The notes: a model not told the origin generated them from the sequence alone. Shown: positions 24,401 through 38,871, numbered from the whole stretch's first letter. The stretch: 62,891 bases of DNA, filler included, from Octopus bimaculoides (GCF_001194135.2; 5 parts of 5 records of this genome joined end to end with filler, not necessarily neighbours in it), one strand, 5' to 3'. A program made the numbers and translations.

Positions 24401-26309
24401 AACTGTAGTTTCTCAAACCAGATTAATTCTCCCCGCATGTATAAGTAATTACATAAATACTCGGTCATTAGATATCCTTGAATCAGGTTTCCAATGGATT
24501 ATCTCTCATTAGTGTTTGTTTGTTCTTGCTGTTGTTGGCTGTTGTTTGCTGTTGTTGTTGTTAAATTGTAGACTAAGTCAGGCTTAACAACATATTTCCC
24601 ACCACCCCCATGATGATCTGTTTGTTTCTTTCCATATTTTGTTTTAATTATTCATTTATTTATTAATTCTCATAGATCTGATTATAAATTCATCTTCTCT
24701 TACATACTCCCAGTTTTATCCAAAAATGTTTAAAATTAATGAATAAATAAATAAAGACAAATAAGTTTGCGAATCATATTAAAATATTATAATCCAGTCA
24801 ATCAGATTTCATTTCTGTTCTTACAGTTGTCATTGTTCTTATTGTAGCTGCTGTAGCAGTTTCCTTGGAATATTCACCAAGTCAAAGTTCTTTACTTGTT
24901 CACAGTAAAACCAACCTCGTTTTGTAGCTTCTCTCCTCCATATCACCGTTTACTTAGGCACTTTGGCAGGTAAAGGGCATTGTGCTTGTGTCTGCATTTT
25001 TAAACTGCCCCGGTGCAAAAGCTTGCTTCCCAACTGCATGATTCCCAGTTCAGTCCCACTGCATGGCACATTGGGTGTCTTCTACAATAGCACCATGGCT
25101 CCTGGCCAGCCAAAGCCTTGCGAGTGGATCTGATGGAAGGAAACTGAAAAAAAAAGATGGTCATGTATGTATATGTGAGTATGACAAGAAGTTTGCTTCT
25201 CAACCACACAGTTCTGGGTTCAGTCTCACTGTGTGGCTGGCACCTTGGGCAAGTGTCTTCTACTATAGCCTCGGGCTGACCAAAGCTTTGTGAGTGGATT
25301 TGGTAGACGGAAACTGAAAGAAATTCATTGTGTGTGTGTGTCTTTGTGACTGTGTTTGTCCTCTACCATCGCTTGACAACCAGTGTTGGTGTGTTTACAT
25401 CCCTGTAAATTAGCAGTTTTTTTGTAGAGCACATGTTCTACAAAAATAGGTGATCGGTTCCCTTGACCACTTGTGGTAGAAAAGTTGAAGTTACGACCAT
25501 CACCTGTCACAATTGTTATGTAGGTATGGTTGTAACTTCCTTGAGATTATTAACCTCTCCTACAGAGACAACGTCTGTCTTAGTACTATTTACATCTACA
25601 CATCTGCGTGTAGGTGTAAATATTATAGCACTTTTATTGCCTCAGATGAGGTTAACAATCTAAGAAAATCTAAAGACAATTTAATTGTATTAACTATATA
25701 ACTCTCTCTTCTCTTAGACATTTTCAAATGTTATTAAGTATCTCTTGTTGGATGCGTTAGTTTAGTGGACTGAATGTAGCTTTCTGACATCCGAGATTAT
25801 ATAAAGAGACTTGCATGTTTGGATATTTAGAGCGGAATAGATAACCGAGTTTTAGTGTCTTCTAAAACAGGCCTGAATCACTGCCTATTTTAGAAGACAC
25901 TTGCCCAAGGTGGCTGTACAGTGGGACTGATCCCAAAGCCATGTGGCTGCAAAGTGAGTTTATCAACCACACAGCCATACCTACACCCATATTTAGTAAT
26001 ATAATTTTAGATACCCCGTAAAAGACGGTAAGGACTCGGCTTTTGATAATAGATCAGATCTTCTCTCTCTCTCTCTCTCTCTGTCGGGGATGACTTGGGG
26101 CTAAACAACACCAAGGTTTTGTGCCAAGTAACAATACAGCTGGTTCCTTTGTATGTTTTTTTACCACTTTTTTCTTTTGTATTTTTCTACTGATCCTATC
26201 AAGATGTGCGTGGGCGAGCTATATCTGCACTACAATCTTTGTGTGTACAGGGGATACACATACATACATGCATACATACTTATATGTGTGTGTGTGTGTG
26301 TGTGTGTGA

Positions 26310-26357
<48 letters not shown>

Positions 26358-28215
26358 NNNNNNNNNNGTTTTTTTACCACTTTTTTCTTTTGTATTTTTC
26401 TACTGATCCTATCAAGATGTGCGTGGGCGAGCTATATCTGCACTACAATCTTTGTGTGTACAGGGGATACACATACATACATGCATACATACTTATATGT
26501 GTGTGTGTGTGTGTGTTTCTGAGTCTTTGCTCGTCATCAGTCTGGTATATATGTATGTATGCACCCACACATACACTCATCCGTACAGATTTATCTATGA
26601 AGATATATTTATACAAGTGTGTGTGTGGGGGTGGGGGTGGGGGTCTGGGTGGTGTTAGTGTGCACGTGCCACAGGAACAGATGTGTTTGCATTTGTTTCT
26701 CTCTATGTGTTTGGTAAGTCAGCGTATTCATATGTGTGTGCGTGTGTGTCTATATGTGTTTGTCTCTGTTTGTGTCTACATGTTTGTCTCCGTGTGTGTG
26801 TGTGTGCGTCTGTGACTGTGTATGCCTGCATGTGTGCACGTGCCTGTTTGTATGTACATCAGCATGTCAAATATTTGGACATAAGCCTCTTTCTAAGCAA
26901 GTAATTGATTTCTTTCATTAAATGAAAGAAGAAAACCTTGCTTCTTTCTCTCTCCCTCTCTCTCTCTCTCTCTTTCATTCTTTTGCTCTTACCCTTCCTC
27001 TCAATCCAAAGAATCCATAATACAAAATTTATTCACTGATCTGTCATAGGCTGAATCAGATCATCTGCAAAAGAAAATAAGTACATCTCACCCCAGCGGC
27101 ATTAGGCGGGGGTGGGCTGGGCAGGAGAGGAGTTTCAAGCTGGACTAGACTGGTTGATGGTTTGGGGCTGAAGAAAACCTGTCCTTTGTTTATTTTCTAT
27201 AGCTTGATTTGTGATTCATCTTCAACCTCCCCTCCCCCCTGTGTCTAAGCCACTCCTTCACTCCTACCCCCCACCCTCACATACATTTCACCTCTGCTTA
27301 CCCACTGTCACCAGAACATGAATTTTTTTTAACCTTTCCTTCAACATCAGAATGAGCATTCAATTGAAATGTGCAGAGTTTTTTAAAGTCATTGCCTCTG
27401 GTGTGATTTGAACTTGTGACTTAAGAGTACAAAACTAAATAGTCCAGTGCTCTTTTGTCCTGGCTATCTGCACTAGTAAATAGTATTTACTGATCTCTTA
27501 TAAAGAACCTATGACTTCCAGTCAGCTCAGAGTTGCCCTACTTGGTATCTGGTACTGAAGAGAGCAAAAAAAAACTGAAATACATCTACTGATCCATATT
27601 TGAACTGCTTATTTCACACCACTGCTTTGTTTGTGCTTCACCTCTGCAATAATAATAATGATAATATTAATAATAAATAATGGTTTCTAATTTAGACACA
27701 AACTCAGCAGTTTTGAGGGGAGGAGTGAGTCAACACCATCAGCCCCAGTACTTGACTGTAAGGGAGATAAACAGCAAAGTTGACTTTGGTGGGATTTGAA
27801 CTCAGAACGTAAAGGATTAAAACAAACAGCACAAGGCATTTTGTGTGATGTTCTAACGACTCAGCCAGTCTGGCTCCTACTCTGTAATATTTTTGACTTC
27901 AAAATTTAGTTTAGGAGTTTTTGTTTGTTTGTTTTTTTACTTGTACATTTTTAAATACCAAATCAGAATTAAATAAAAATAGTTGACTCCATATCTGAAA
28001 CTAATTGAATAAGTCTAGGTTTATTAACATTAATTTGGAAGTTCCTTATCAGAAACTGCACCTGGAAATTAATATGCAAGGGTCTCTTTCACAGGGTGTA
28101 TATGATGGCTGGGTGTTTGGGGTTTTTATTAACCAAATCTTTGCAGTTATGAGTCAGTTCTAGTTACACCTTCACCTCAAAATTACTAGCCTTTTGCCTA
28201 AATCAGAAACCATTA

Positions 28216-28273
<58 letters not shown>

Positions 28274-29339
28274 GGTGGTGAGCTAGCAGAATTGTTAGAA
28301 TGCCAGGCAAGATGCTTAGCAGCGTATTACAACTAAATTACTTATTACAGGAAGATGTCGGTGTTAGGACAGATTGCAGATGCTGAAATAAAAACGTGGG
28401 TGGTCTCTAGGGCCAACAAGAGAGCTTCTATTTCATTGCTTGGCAGAAATAACAGTCAGGTCTCCCTCAACTCATACTTGAGCAAAGAAGACTTGTGAAA
28501 TCAACTGTGGCAAAATATTGTGCAATCATTATTGTTCCAGACTCCAGTTCAGGTCAGCCCTGATCAAACAGATATGCTCAAAGACATTCCAGCCATGACC
28601 ATTTCCATAGTGTACCTAGGACTACATTGTCCAAAGTGTCCTTCCTTTCCCGTTAATATGACAGGAGGAAGATTAGATCCCTGCTGCTGTTGTTTCTGAA
28701 GCTTCCTTGTTGACTCAAAAAGTCAGCAGCCATTGTTACCATTGATAATGTCAAGGCTGTCTGCATTATCATAATTTATTCATGAATCTATTTCTGTGTG
28801 AGTTGTCTCACCCAGCTGTAGCACCGTGAGCCAGTTTACCATCGACTGCCCCACCCNNNNNNNNNNNNNNNNNNNNNNNNNNNNNNNNNNNNNNNNNNNN
28901 NNNNNNNNNNNNNNNNNNNNNNNNNNNNNNNNNNNNNNNNNNNNNNNNNNNNNNNNNNNNNNNNNNNNNNNNNNNNNNNNNNNNNNNNNCCACCCCTTTC
29001 ACTAAATATTTCAGACAACAACAGCTCTTATCTCACCTCAACAATCTGCTTGTACAGACACGCACTACTTGTTCACTCTGCATAGGCATCATCATCATCA
29101 TCGGTATCATCATCATCATCATCATCATACATCTATCTTTTTCATGGGTGACACAGGTTTTCTTTTGTACCATGTTTGGCCTATGCTGTGGTTCTTTGTC
29201 ATCGTTTTTGCTTTGTCATCAGGCTGTTGAGATCAGCTTTCATCTCTCCTGCCTATGTTTACCTTGGATTTCCTCTTCCGTAAGGGTGGCAGCCTTCAAG
29301 TTTTGTACCTCTCTGGGATAGTTTTTATCATTATTATTA

Positions 29340-29560
29340 ATTGAAGTGGTGAGCTGGCAGAATCGTTAGCATGCCAGGCAGAATGTTTAGCAGCATTTCG
29401 TCCATCTTTACATTCTGAGTTCCAATTCCACCAAGGCCAACTTTGCCTTTCATCCTTTTGGGGGTCAATGAAATAAGTACCAGTTGAACACTGGGTCAAT
29501 GCAAACAGCTTATTCCCTCTCCCGAAATTGCTGGCCTTGTGCCAAAATTTGAAATCGGTA
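29340..29560 (+). mobile_element. Family-A SINE, CpG-decayed
   Basis: Colinear with the family consensus with CG changed to CA/TG. Similar copies at about 21420-21520, 21822-21995, 27685-27870 (-), 28272-28325 and 31662-31862. Confidence 0.8.
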
Positions 29561-32500
29561 ATAAGGAAAAACATTCTGGTAGCAGAGCCTGGTTACAGCA
29601 TTCCTCCTCGCCCAGCTCTGTGGAATGGTAAGCTTCACCTCAGTTGCTACATGTGTGGCTTCTAGTCACCACCAGCATGTTGCAATCCTTTCCTTACTCC
29701 CCCACCCCCCANNNNNNNNNNNNNNNNNNNNNNNNNNNNNNNNNNNNNNNNNNNNNNNNNNNNNNNNNNNNNNNNNNNNNNNNNNNNNNNNNNNNNNNNN
29801 NNNNNNNNNNNNNNNNNNNNNNNNNNNNNNNNNNNNNNNNNNNNNNNNNNNNNNNNNNNNNNNNNNNNNNNNNNNNNNNNNNNNNNNNNNNNNNNNNNNN
29901 NNNNNNNNNNNNNNNNNNNNNNNNNNNNNNNNNNNNNNNNNNNNNNNNNNNNNNNNNNNNNNNNNNNNNNNNNNNNNNNNNNNNNNNNNNNNNNNNNNNN
30001 NNNNNNNNNNNNNNNNNNNNNNNNNNNNNNNNNNNNNNNNNNNNNNNNNNNNNNNNNNNNNNNNNNNNNNNNNNNNNNNNNNNNNNNNNNNNNNNNNNNN
30101 NNNNNNNNNNNNNNNNNNNNNNNNNNNNNNNNNNNNNNNNNNNNNNNNNNNNNNNNNNNNNNNNNNNNNNNNNNNNNNNNNNNNNNNNNNNNNNNNNNNN
30201 NNNNNNNNNNNNNNNNNNNNNNNNNNNNNNNNNNNNNNNNNNNNNNNNNNNNNNNNNNNNNNNNNNNNNNNNNNNNNNNNNNNNNNNNNNNNNNNNNNNN
30301 NNNNNNNNNNNNNNNNNNNNNNNNNNNNNNNNNNNNNNNNNNNNNNNNNNNNNNNNNNNNNNNNNNNNNNNNNNNNNNNNNNNNNNNNNNNNNNNNNNNN
30401 ACTGTTTTCTTTGTCTCTCTGTCACCTCTTTCTATCTTCATTTCTCAGATCCCCCCCTCGTGTTTCCTTTGGCCTCTCTCTCTCTCTCTGTCTCTTTCTC
30501 TCCTTCCCCCCCTCTCTGCTCATCTTCTCTGACTCTCCCTTTCTCTTGATGCCACTATGTTCCTTTGTGTCTCTCTCTGCACCCACTCCCCTTACTTTTC
30601 CTCCTCTGACCTCCTCTCTCTCTCTCTCTCTCTCTCCCTACCTCTCCCTCTCTTTCACTCCCCCTCTTTCTTCTCTTTATCTCTCTCTTTCACATTCCAT
30701 CCCACCCACCCCCACTTCGCATCTCATTTCCATCCCTTTGTTTTCTGAACTTAGAACATATTTGATGCTGTGTGCATGTGTGTGTATGTGTCTATGTCTG
30801 TATATATGCGTTTGTGTGTGTGTGTATGCAGTTGTGTGCACATGCATCTCTGTGTGCATATATATATGTGTGTGTATATGTATGTTTATATATATATATA
30901 TATATATATAGATATATATATAGATATATATATATGTATGTGCAGGCATGTGGAAATGTGTATAGCAAGAAGAGGTGAGGGTGTTTATATTAACTTCTCC
31001 TTCTTCTCCCNNNNNNNNNNNNNNNNNNNNNNNNNNNNNNNACCCCCACCCCGACCACAATTTCCTTTTCATGGTAAATGGACTTTCTAGTGAAAACTGT
31101 CAGAAGCTTTATCAAGATTTCACTATCACAGAATATTATTTAACATCAATGTTTAAATAGCTTTGTTTAGATATAGAGCGGTGGTGACGGTGGTGACGAT
31201 AGCAATGGTGGTGGTGGTACCATCAGCAATGGTGATAGTGGTGGTGGTGGTGGCAGCGGCAGCAGCAATGACAATGGTGGTGCTGCTGCTGTCAGCAGTT
31301 GTGGTAGTGGTGGTGGTGTTGGTGGTGCCGTCAGCAATGATGATGATGATGATCGGGGTGGTGGTGGGGGCAGTTTGTTTTAGTATTTGCTGGATTTTTT
31401 GTTGTGGTTGTTGTTCTTGTTGCTGTTTTAGTAGATGCTATCATTTCTTTTATTTACATTTATTTTGTTTATATATATATATTTATGTTTTGTGGTGCAT
31501 TATTGCGGGGGTGGGGGTTACATTAGAAAAGGGGAGTTAGTTAAATCTTGAAAAATTGGCGCTATTTGTTGCTTAACTCGGTGATCAACCTTGCTCCAGA
31601 AGACCAACAACAAAGGCTGTTCCAATCATGGCCATCCTGTCATTTTCTTATTGTTATTATTAAGGCAGTGAGCTGGCAGAGTCGTTAGAACGCCGTGCGA
31701 AATGTCTGCTGCAACGTTCTGAGTTCAAATTCCACTGAGGTTGACTTTATCTTTCATCCTCTCAAGGCCAATGAAATAAGTACCAGTTACACACTGGGGT
31801 CGATGTAATCAACTAGCGTCCTCCCCCAAAATTTCAGGTTTTGTGCTTATAGTAGAAAGGATTGTTATTATTTAAAATGGTTTGATTCAGCTCCATGCCG
31901 CGTAAAGTTTTGCAGGCTTCTAGCAGGAACCTTCAGCTGGTTCTCTTGACTCTTTCGTTATCTTAGTTCTGATGAAATGTGTTTCAATTAAATTTGAAAA
32001 TAATCAAGAATCTAGAAATTATATAACGAGCTTAGCAAACTTTGCTATAATATACAGAAAGTTTTGCAAGTGTGAGGGAGCAACTGTTTCAACCTAGTAA
32101 ATCTATTTGCTCAAAGTTAAAGAATGAAAGAATGGGTTCTTATATTCTTTTACTGGTTTCAACTACTGGCCTGTGGCCATGCTGGGGCACTGACACCGAC
32201 AGTTTAGTTGATAATTGATCGTGTTGACCCTTGCACTTGGTTCAATGTGATACTAGTTTTAACATAAACAGTAGAAGGAAATAAGGCAGGGAGGTAGCAA
32301 AAGAGGGGGAGAAATCCATAAACAGAACATACAGCTTGCTCCCTATTTACCCCCCATCCCCTGGTTCACCACCACTTCTCCTCCTCCCCCTTCATACACA
32401 CACACACACACATAAGGAATTGAATGCTTCTTCATGATGCTGCACAGTTTTGGCGCAAAAGTTGTTGCTGCTGCTTGTATCATATTGCAACACTGACATG

Positions 32501-32750
32501 TGCATACATTTTTGAATCTTGTGAGATTGCTTTGTATGCATAACGTGCACATTAATTAACATTGCTCTTTGTACCAGACTTTTTTTTTTTAACAGCTGCA
32601 GTCCCTTCCCCCCAGAGAAGCCAGACTGCACCCACCACCATTTATTTCCCCACTTTGGCCACCGGTTTATCTCAAAGGTTGTTACCTCTGTGTGTGTGTG
32701 TGTGTGTGTGCGAGTATGTATATACATTTCTGTGTTATATCTTTATATTA

Positions 32751-32797
<47 letters not shown>

Positions 32798-33107
32798 TAT
32801 ATATANNNNNNNNNNNNNNNNNNNNNNNNNNNNNNNNNNNNNNNNNNNNNNNNNNNNNNNNNNNNNNNNNNNNNNNNNNNNNNNNNNNNNNNNNNNNNNN
32901 NNNNNNNNNNNNNNNNNNNNNNNNNNNNNNNNNNNNNNNNNNNNNNNNNNNNNNNNNNNNNNNNNNNNNNNNNNNNNNNNNNNNNNNNNNNNNNNNNNNN
33001 NNNNNNNNNNNNNNNNNNNNNNNNNNNNNNNNNNNNNNNNNNNNNNNNNNNNNNNNNNNNNNNNNNNNNNNNNNNNNNNNNNNNNNNNNNNNNNNNNNNN
33101 NNNNNNN

Positions 33108-33141
<34 letters not shown>

Positions 33142-36100
33142 GTGTGTGTGTGTATGTGTATGTTTTTTATATGTGTATGTATGTATATATATATATATAT
33201 GCATATGTAAGTATGTGTGTGTATGTATATATATATGTATGTATCTGTATGTATGTATATATATATATGTGTATGTATATATATGTATATGTATATATAT
33301 GTATGTATATGTATCTATATATATATATGTATATGTATGTATATATATATGTATATATATATATGTATTGTGTGTGTGTATTGTGTGTGTGTGTTAATTA
33401 GTGTTATTACCTGAGACACTTTCAGGATCTCCATTTAATCTCATCTCAAGCCAATCCACTCCTTCGTACACACCCCAGATGTGTGCTCACTAATCTTCAA
33501 TTTTTTTCTTGTTTTTATGGCATTTATAGATATTTCTTTTACTGTTTGTTGGATTTTTTCTTTTTGTTTTTTTTTTATAGGTGGTCAGGTGATGGTGGTG
33601 GTGGTGGGGTGTTATTTACTGCCAGCTAATTAACATAATGAATACGTGGGTACTCAGAAGCATCATTTTTGATTGCATCCTGAGCAGGCTTCCCTAGCAA
33701 GCTGAATACCATGTTCCTGTAATTGTGCATGTATTTCTGTGTGTGTGTGTGTATAGGTCTGTTTGTATGTGCTTGTCTGGGTGGGTGCACATGTGTATGG
33801 TTGTCTCTGTGTGTGTATGGTTGCATATGCGTCTGTTTTGTCTGTCTGTGTGAGTGTTTAATTTCACTTCTCGATATCTTTAAAATCCTCGAGGCTAATT
33901 TCTGTTCTCATTCATCTTCTTCTTTTATATATTACATCCTTTCCTTCTTTCTCTTCTTCTTCTTCTTTATCTTTTATTACAGTTTTATCTCTGTTTACTG
34001 GTTTACTTTATTTTAAAATTTACCTTTGCAACACCTCCACACACAACATTACACACGTGTGTGTGTGTGTGTGTGTGTATACCTGTGTGCGTATATATAT
34101 ACCTGTGTGCGTGAGAGTATTTATATGTGTGTTTGTATTTTTACTTTGAGTTATAATGAAGACAATTTTAAATAAAACTGAAGAGTTGTATAGTACACCC
34201 TTATTATACTCTTACAAGAGAGGTGACAGTAACTTCGAAGTTTCAGGAAGTTAGTCTTCATTGGATTATATATGGTAACAAAGGGGTTAAAGTGATCTAA
34301 ATTAAAACTTTCCATCAAAATTTCAGGTTAATTTATGTTCCAAATACTTGCTTAATATTTTACTAAATTTTTCATTAGAAATAAGATAAAAAATGGTTTA
34401 AGCTGTTGGTAATTTTTAACCTTTTCGCTTCCTTATTCAAATTGGTAATAGCAGTAGAAATATTTTTAAAATAGGTAAACTGGAGCATTTAACTACCAGC
34501 TGTTATTGTAATAGGACTTATACAGGTGAAAGTCGTTGCAGTGGCAGCTGTTGTGAAAATTTGTTAGTCAGGTAATCTGTTTTTCTTAGTTGGATCTAAA
34601 GGCATTGACTTCCATCTTGAAAATTACCTTACTATTTATGCTTGTAGTAATATAAAGAAAAAAAAAAAATTTTAAAAAGAAAGGTAAATAAAAAAAAACT
34701 TTATTTGATTATTCTTTCCTTCATTCTGTCTTTCCTCCTTTTGTATTATTTCCCATCTACCATCCACTTGGTGTTATTGTCACCACCACAATTACCATTA
34801 GGGAAATCATCTTCACTGCCGCCGCCGCCATCACGATATCACCCAATCCCCACCACCATCAACACTTCCATCTTCTCCACCACCATCGCCGCCACCACTG
34901 CTGCCACCATCATGTTGTTTATTGATCATGATTTACAAGGCTGTTTTGTGTCGCCATTGTTTGAGAATTCTCTTGTTTCCAAATACTTGTTAGTCTTTCT
35001 TCCTCTCTCCTTGTCTTTCTTTGTCTCTCTATACTTCCTCTTTCATTCTCCCTTTCTCTCACTTTCTCAGTATATATATATATATATATATATANNNNNN
35101 NNNNNNNNNNNNNNNNNNNNNNNNNNNNNNNNNNNNNNNNNNNNNNNNNNNNNNNNNNNNNNNNNNNNNNNNNNNNNNNNNNNNNNNNNNNNNNNNNNNN
35201 NNNNNNNNNNNNNNNNNNNNNNNNNNNNNNNNNNNNNNNNNNNNNNNNNNNNNNNNNNNNNNNNNNNNNNNNNNNNNNNNNNNNNNNNNNNNNNNNNNNN
35301 NNNNNNNNNNNNNNNNNNNNNNNNNNNNNNNNNNNNNNNNNNNNNNNNNNNNNNNNNNNNNNNNNNNNNNNNNNNNNNNNNNNNNNNNNNNNNNNNNNNN
35401 NNNNNNNNNNNNNNNNNNNNNNNNNNNNNNNNNNNNNNNNNNNNNNNNNNNNNNNNNNNNNNNNNNNNNNNNNNNNNNNNNNNNNNNNNNNNNNNNNNNN
35501 NNNNNNNNNNNNNNNNNNNNNNNNNNNNNNNNNNNNNNNNNNNNNNNNNNNNNNNNNNNNNNNNNNNNNNNNNNNNNNNNNNNNNNNNNNNNNNNNNNNN
35601 NNNNNNNNNNNNNNNNNNNNNNNNNNNNNNNNNNNNNNNNNNNNNNNNNNNNNNNNNNNNNNNNNNNNNNNNNNNNNNNNNNNNNNNNNNNNNNNNNNNN
35701 NNNNNNNNNNNNNNNNNNNNNNNNNNNNNNNNNNNNNNNNNNNNNNNNNNNNNNNNNNNNNNNNNNNNNNNNNNNNNNNNNNNNNNNNNNNNNNNNNNNN
35801 NNNNNNNNNNNNNNNNNNNNNNNNNNNNNNNNNNNNNNNNNNNNNNNNNNNNNNNNNNNNNNNNNNNNNNNNNNNNNNNNNNNNNNNNNNNNNNNNNNNN
35901 NNNNNNNNNNNNNNNNNNNNNNNNNNNNNNNNNNNNNNNNNNNNNNNNNNNNNNNNNNNNNNNNNNNNNNNNNNNNNNNNNNNNNNNNNNNNNNNNNNNN
36001 NNNNNNNNNNNNNNNNNNNNNNNNNNNNNNNNNNNNNNNNNNNNNNNNNNNNNNNNNNNNNAAAAGTGTAGGTGTCTCTGTGAAATAGGGATAGTTTATC

Positions 36101-36619
36101 CTGTTCAGGCTATATTATTAGCATTATTCTGCGATTAAGAATTTAAAATATCACTTCTTTAACTTTCTAAAAAAGACATCTCAACGCTTCTAAAAGCAAG
36201 CTTTGCTTGTTTATTTACGTTTGTCGTAATTTGAATTTAACATATATATATATATATATCAATCACAACCCATGCTAGCATGGAAGGCGGATGTTAAACG
36301 ATGATGATGATGATGATATATATATATATATATATATATATTGATCGCTAGCCACTAAACCATTTTTATTTTCTCTCCCTGTTTATTTCTGTGCTCTATT
36401 CTGTTGAAGAGCATAGGCTCGAAACATAAAAGACTTCCTCACTTCCCAAGCGTTAAATTAATGCATCTGTTTGTTGTTTACATGCCCGTCTTCGTCTTTT
36501 GTTTTTGTTTGTTTTTTTTTTTGTAACTTCCAACTATATATAGATATGCTTACATGTCTACATTTTTGTGTGTGTGTATGCCCACATTATATAGACAATT
36601 GTCCAGGGTTGAGAAGCAA

Positions 36620-37020
36620 ACTTCTTACCACGGCTGTGTGGAAAGTAGCTTGCTTACCAACCACATGGTTCCGGGTTCAGTCCCACTGCGTGGCACCTTG
36701 GGCAAGTGTCTTCTACTATAGCCTCGGGCCGACCAAAGCCTTGTGAGTGGATTTGGTAGACGGAAACTGAAAGAAGCCCGTCGTATATATGTATATATAT
36801 ATATGTGTGTGTTTGTGTGTCTGTGTTTGTCCTCCTAGCATTGCTTGACAACCGATGCTGGTGTGTTTATGTCCCCGTCACTTAGCGGTTCGGTAAAAAG
36901 AGACCGATAGAATAAGTACTAGGCTTACAAAGAATAAGTCCCGGGGTCGATTTGCTCGACTAAAGGCGGTGCTCCAGCATGGCCGCAGTCAAATGACTGA
37001 AACAAGTAAAAGAGTAAAAG
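36620..37020 (+). mobile_element. tRNA-derived SINE family B, full length with internal (TA)n(TG)n
   Basis: Head ..GGTTCCGGGTTCAGTCCC, then CCTTGGGCAAGTGTCTTC..GTAGACGGAAACTGAAAG, tail CCAGCATGGCCGCAGTCAAATGACTGAAACAAGTAAAAG. Partial copies at 25-200, 20635-20790, 22810-23050, 25000-25420, 37735-37890, 44853-45018, 49700-49870, 51855-52000 and 58440-58640. Confidence 0.85.
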
Positions 37021-37022
37021 AA

Positions 37023-37060
<38 letters not shown>

Positions 37061-37591
37061 AGGTGTATTATGAGCATTTATAGAACACAATCCTATATAA
37101 AGTCAACAATTGAACTCAACCTTTCTCTTAGATATATACATATATATATATATATATATGTGTATGTATATATATATTTCTTAAGGCAGCAGGCCACAGC
37201 AATTGAAGGAGGTGTGGGGCAAACAATAGTAACATATTCAATAGGAGGTAGGGGTGATATTCATGTATTGCTATTATGTATAAGAGTGGTGGTGGCAGCA
37301 GTGGCGCTATTAAGGTGGGGTCCTCCTAGTAGTAATATTAAGTAGGAGGGTCGGGGTGATAATATAGTGGAGGGGAGGGAGTAAGATGGTATTGGTGGTG
37401 ATGGTATGTATTAAGTAGGGGGTAGGGGTGATAGTATATTAAGAGGTATAACAGTGGAACTGGCCTGTATGACTATATATATATGTGTAGGGTGTATGTA
37501 TATATATATATATATATATGGGAGAATATACAAATAATAACAACAGACGAGGACAGGTGGTGTAAATAACAAAAGTATATATTAGTATGAC

Positions 37592-37691
37592 NNNNNNNNN
37601 NNNNNNNNNNNNNNNNNNNNNNNNNNNNNNNNNNNTTAATTAATTAANNNNNNNNNNNNNNNNNNNNNNNNNNNNNNNNNNNNNNNNNNNN
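37592..37691. other. Synthetic scaffold join
   Basis: Same 100-bp block, linker at 37636-37647. Confidence 0.95.
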
Positions 37692-37728
<37 letters not shown>

Positions 37729-38031
37729 TACACTATGGGCTTTTTCCGTCTACCAAATCCACTCTTAAGACTTTGGTCGCCTTGTGGCTATAGTAGAAGA
37801 CACTTGCCTAAGGTGCCACGCAGTGGGACTGAACGCGGATCCATGTAGTTGATAAGCAAGCTACTTACCACGCAGGCACTCCTGCGCCTATGTACATAAA
37901 ATATGAATACATATATTTATGTATAAGTATATAATATGTAAGTGTATGTATATATGTATGTGTGTGTTTTGTGTATATGTCTGCGCGCGCGGCGCGCACG
38001 TGTGTTTGCATGTATGTGTGTGTGCGTGTTC

Positions 38032-38086
<55 letters not shown>

Positions 38087-38238
38087 CGTGTTCTTGTGTG
38101 TGTGTGTGTATCAGATAGTTACACAGAAATAAAATTGTCAGATGTAAAGTTAAACAAACAGCTAGCTATATCACTCACATACACATATATATACACACAC
38201 AAACGAATACGTATATAGTACGTATGTAGTACGTATAT

Positions 38239-38317
<79 letters not shown>

Positions 38318-38564
38318 ATGGGTATAATTGGGCGTTACTCAAAAGTTATGTCTTCCACTTATTTCAAAATTGCTTAGTTCTATTTGTTTGATCTCTTCAA
38401 TTCTTAACCTCTCCCCTCACTCTCTTTTATCTCTCTCTGTTTCTATCTTTCNNNNNNNNNNNNNNNNNNNNNNNNNNNNNNNNNNNNNNNNNNNNNNNNN
38501 NNNNNNNNNNNNNNNNNNNNNNNNNNNNNNNNNNNNNNNNNNNNNNNNNNNNNNNNNNNNNNNN

Positions 38565-38633
<69 letters not shown>

Positions 38634-38787
38634 CGTGGGAGGGAGAGAGAGAGAAAGAGGGAGAGATATACATATGCACATCTATATACATACAGATACA
38701 TACATATATATGTATATATATATATGTATATAATGTATATATATGTGTACGTATATATATATATGCGTATATATAAATGTATATACA

Positions 38788-38826
<39 letters not shown>

Positions 38827-38836
38827 NNNNNNNNNN

Positions 38837-38871
<35 letters not shown>

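Noticed and set aside
26154-26515. Apparent direct duplication of about 150 bp either side of a 10-N gap (26358-26367)
   Set aside because: Identical sequence flanking a tiny gap next to a microsatellite is most likely an unmerged contig overlap.
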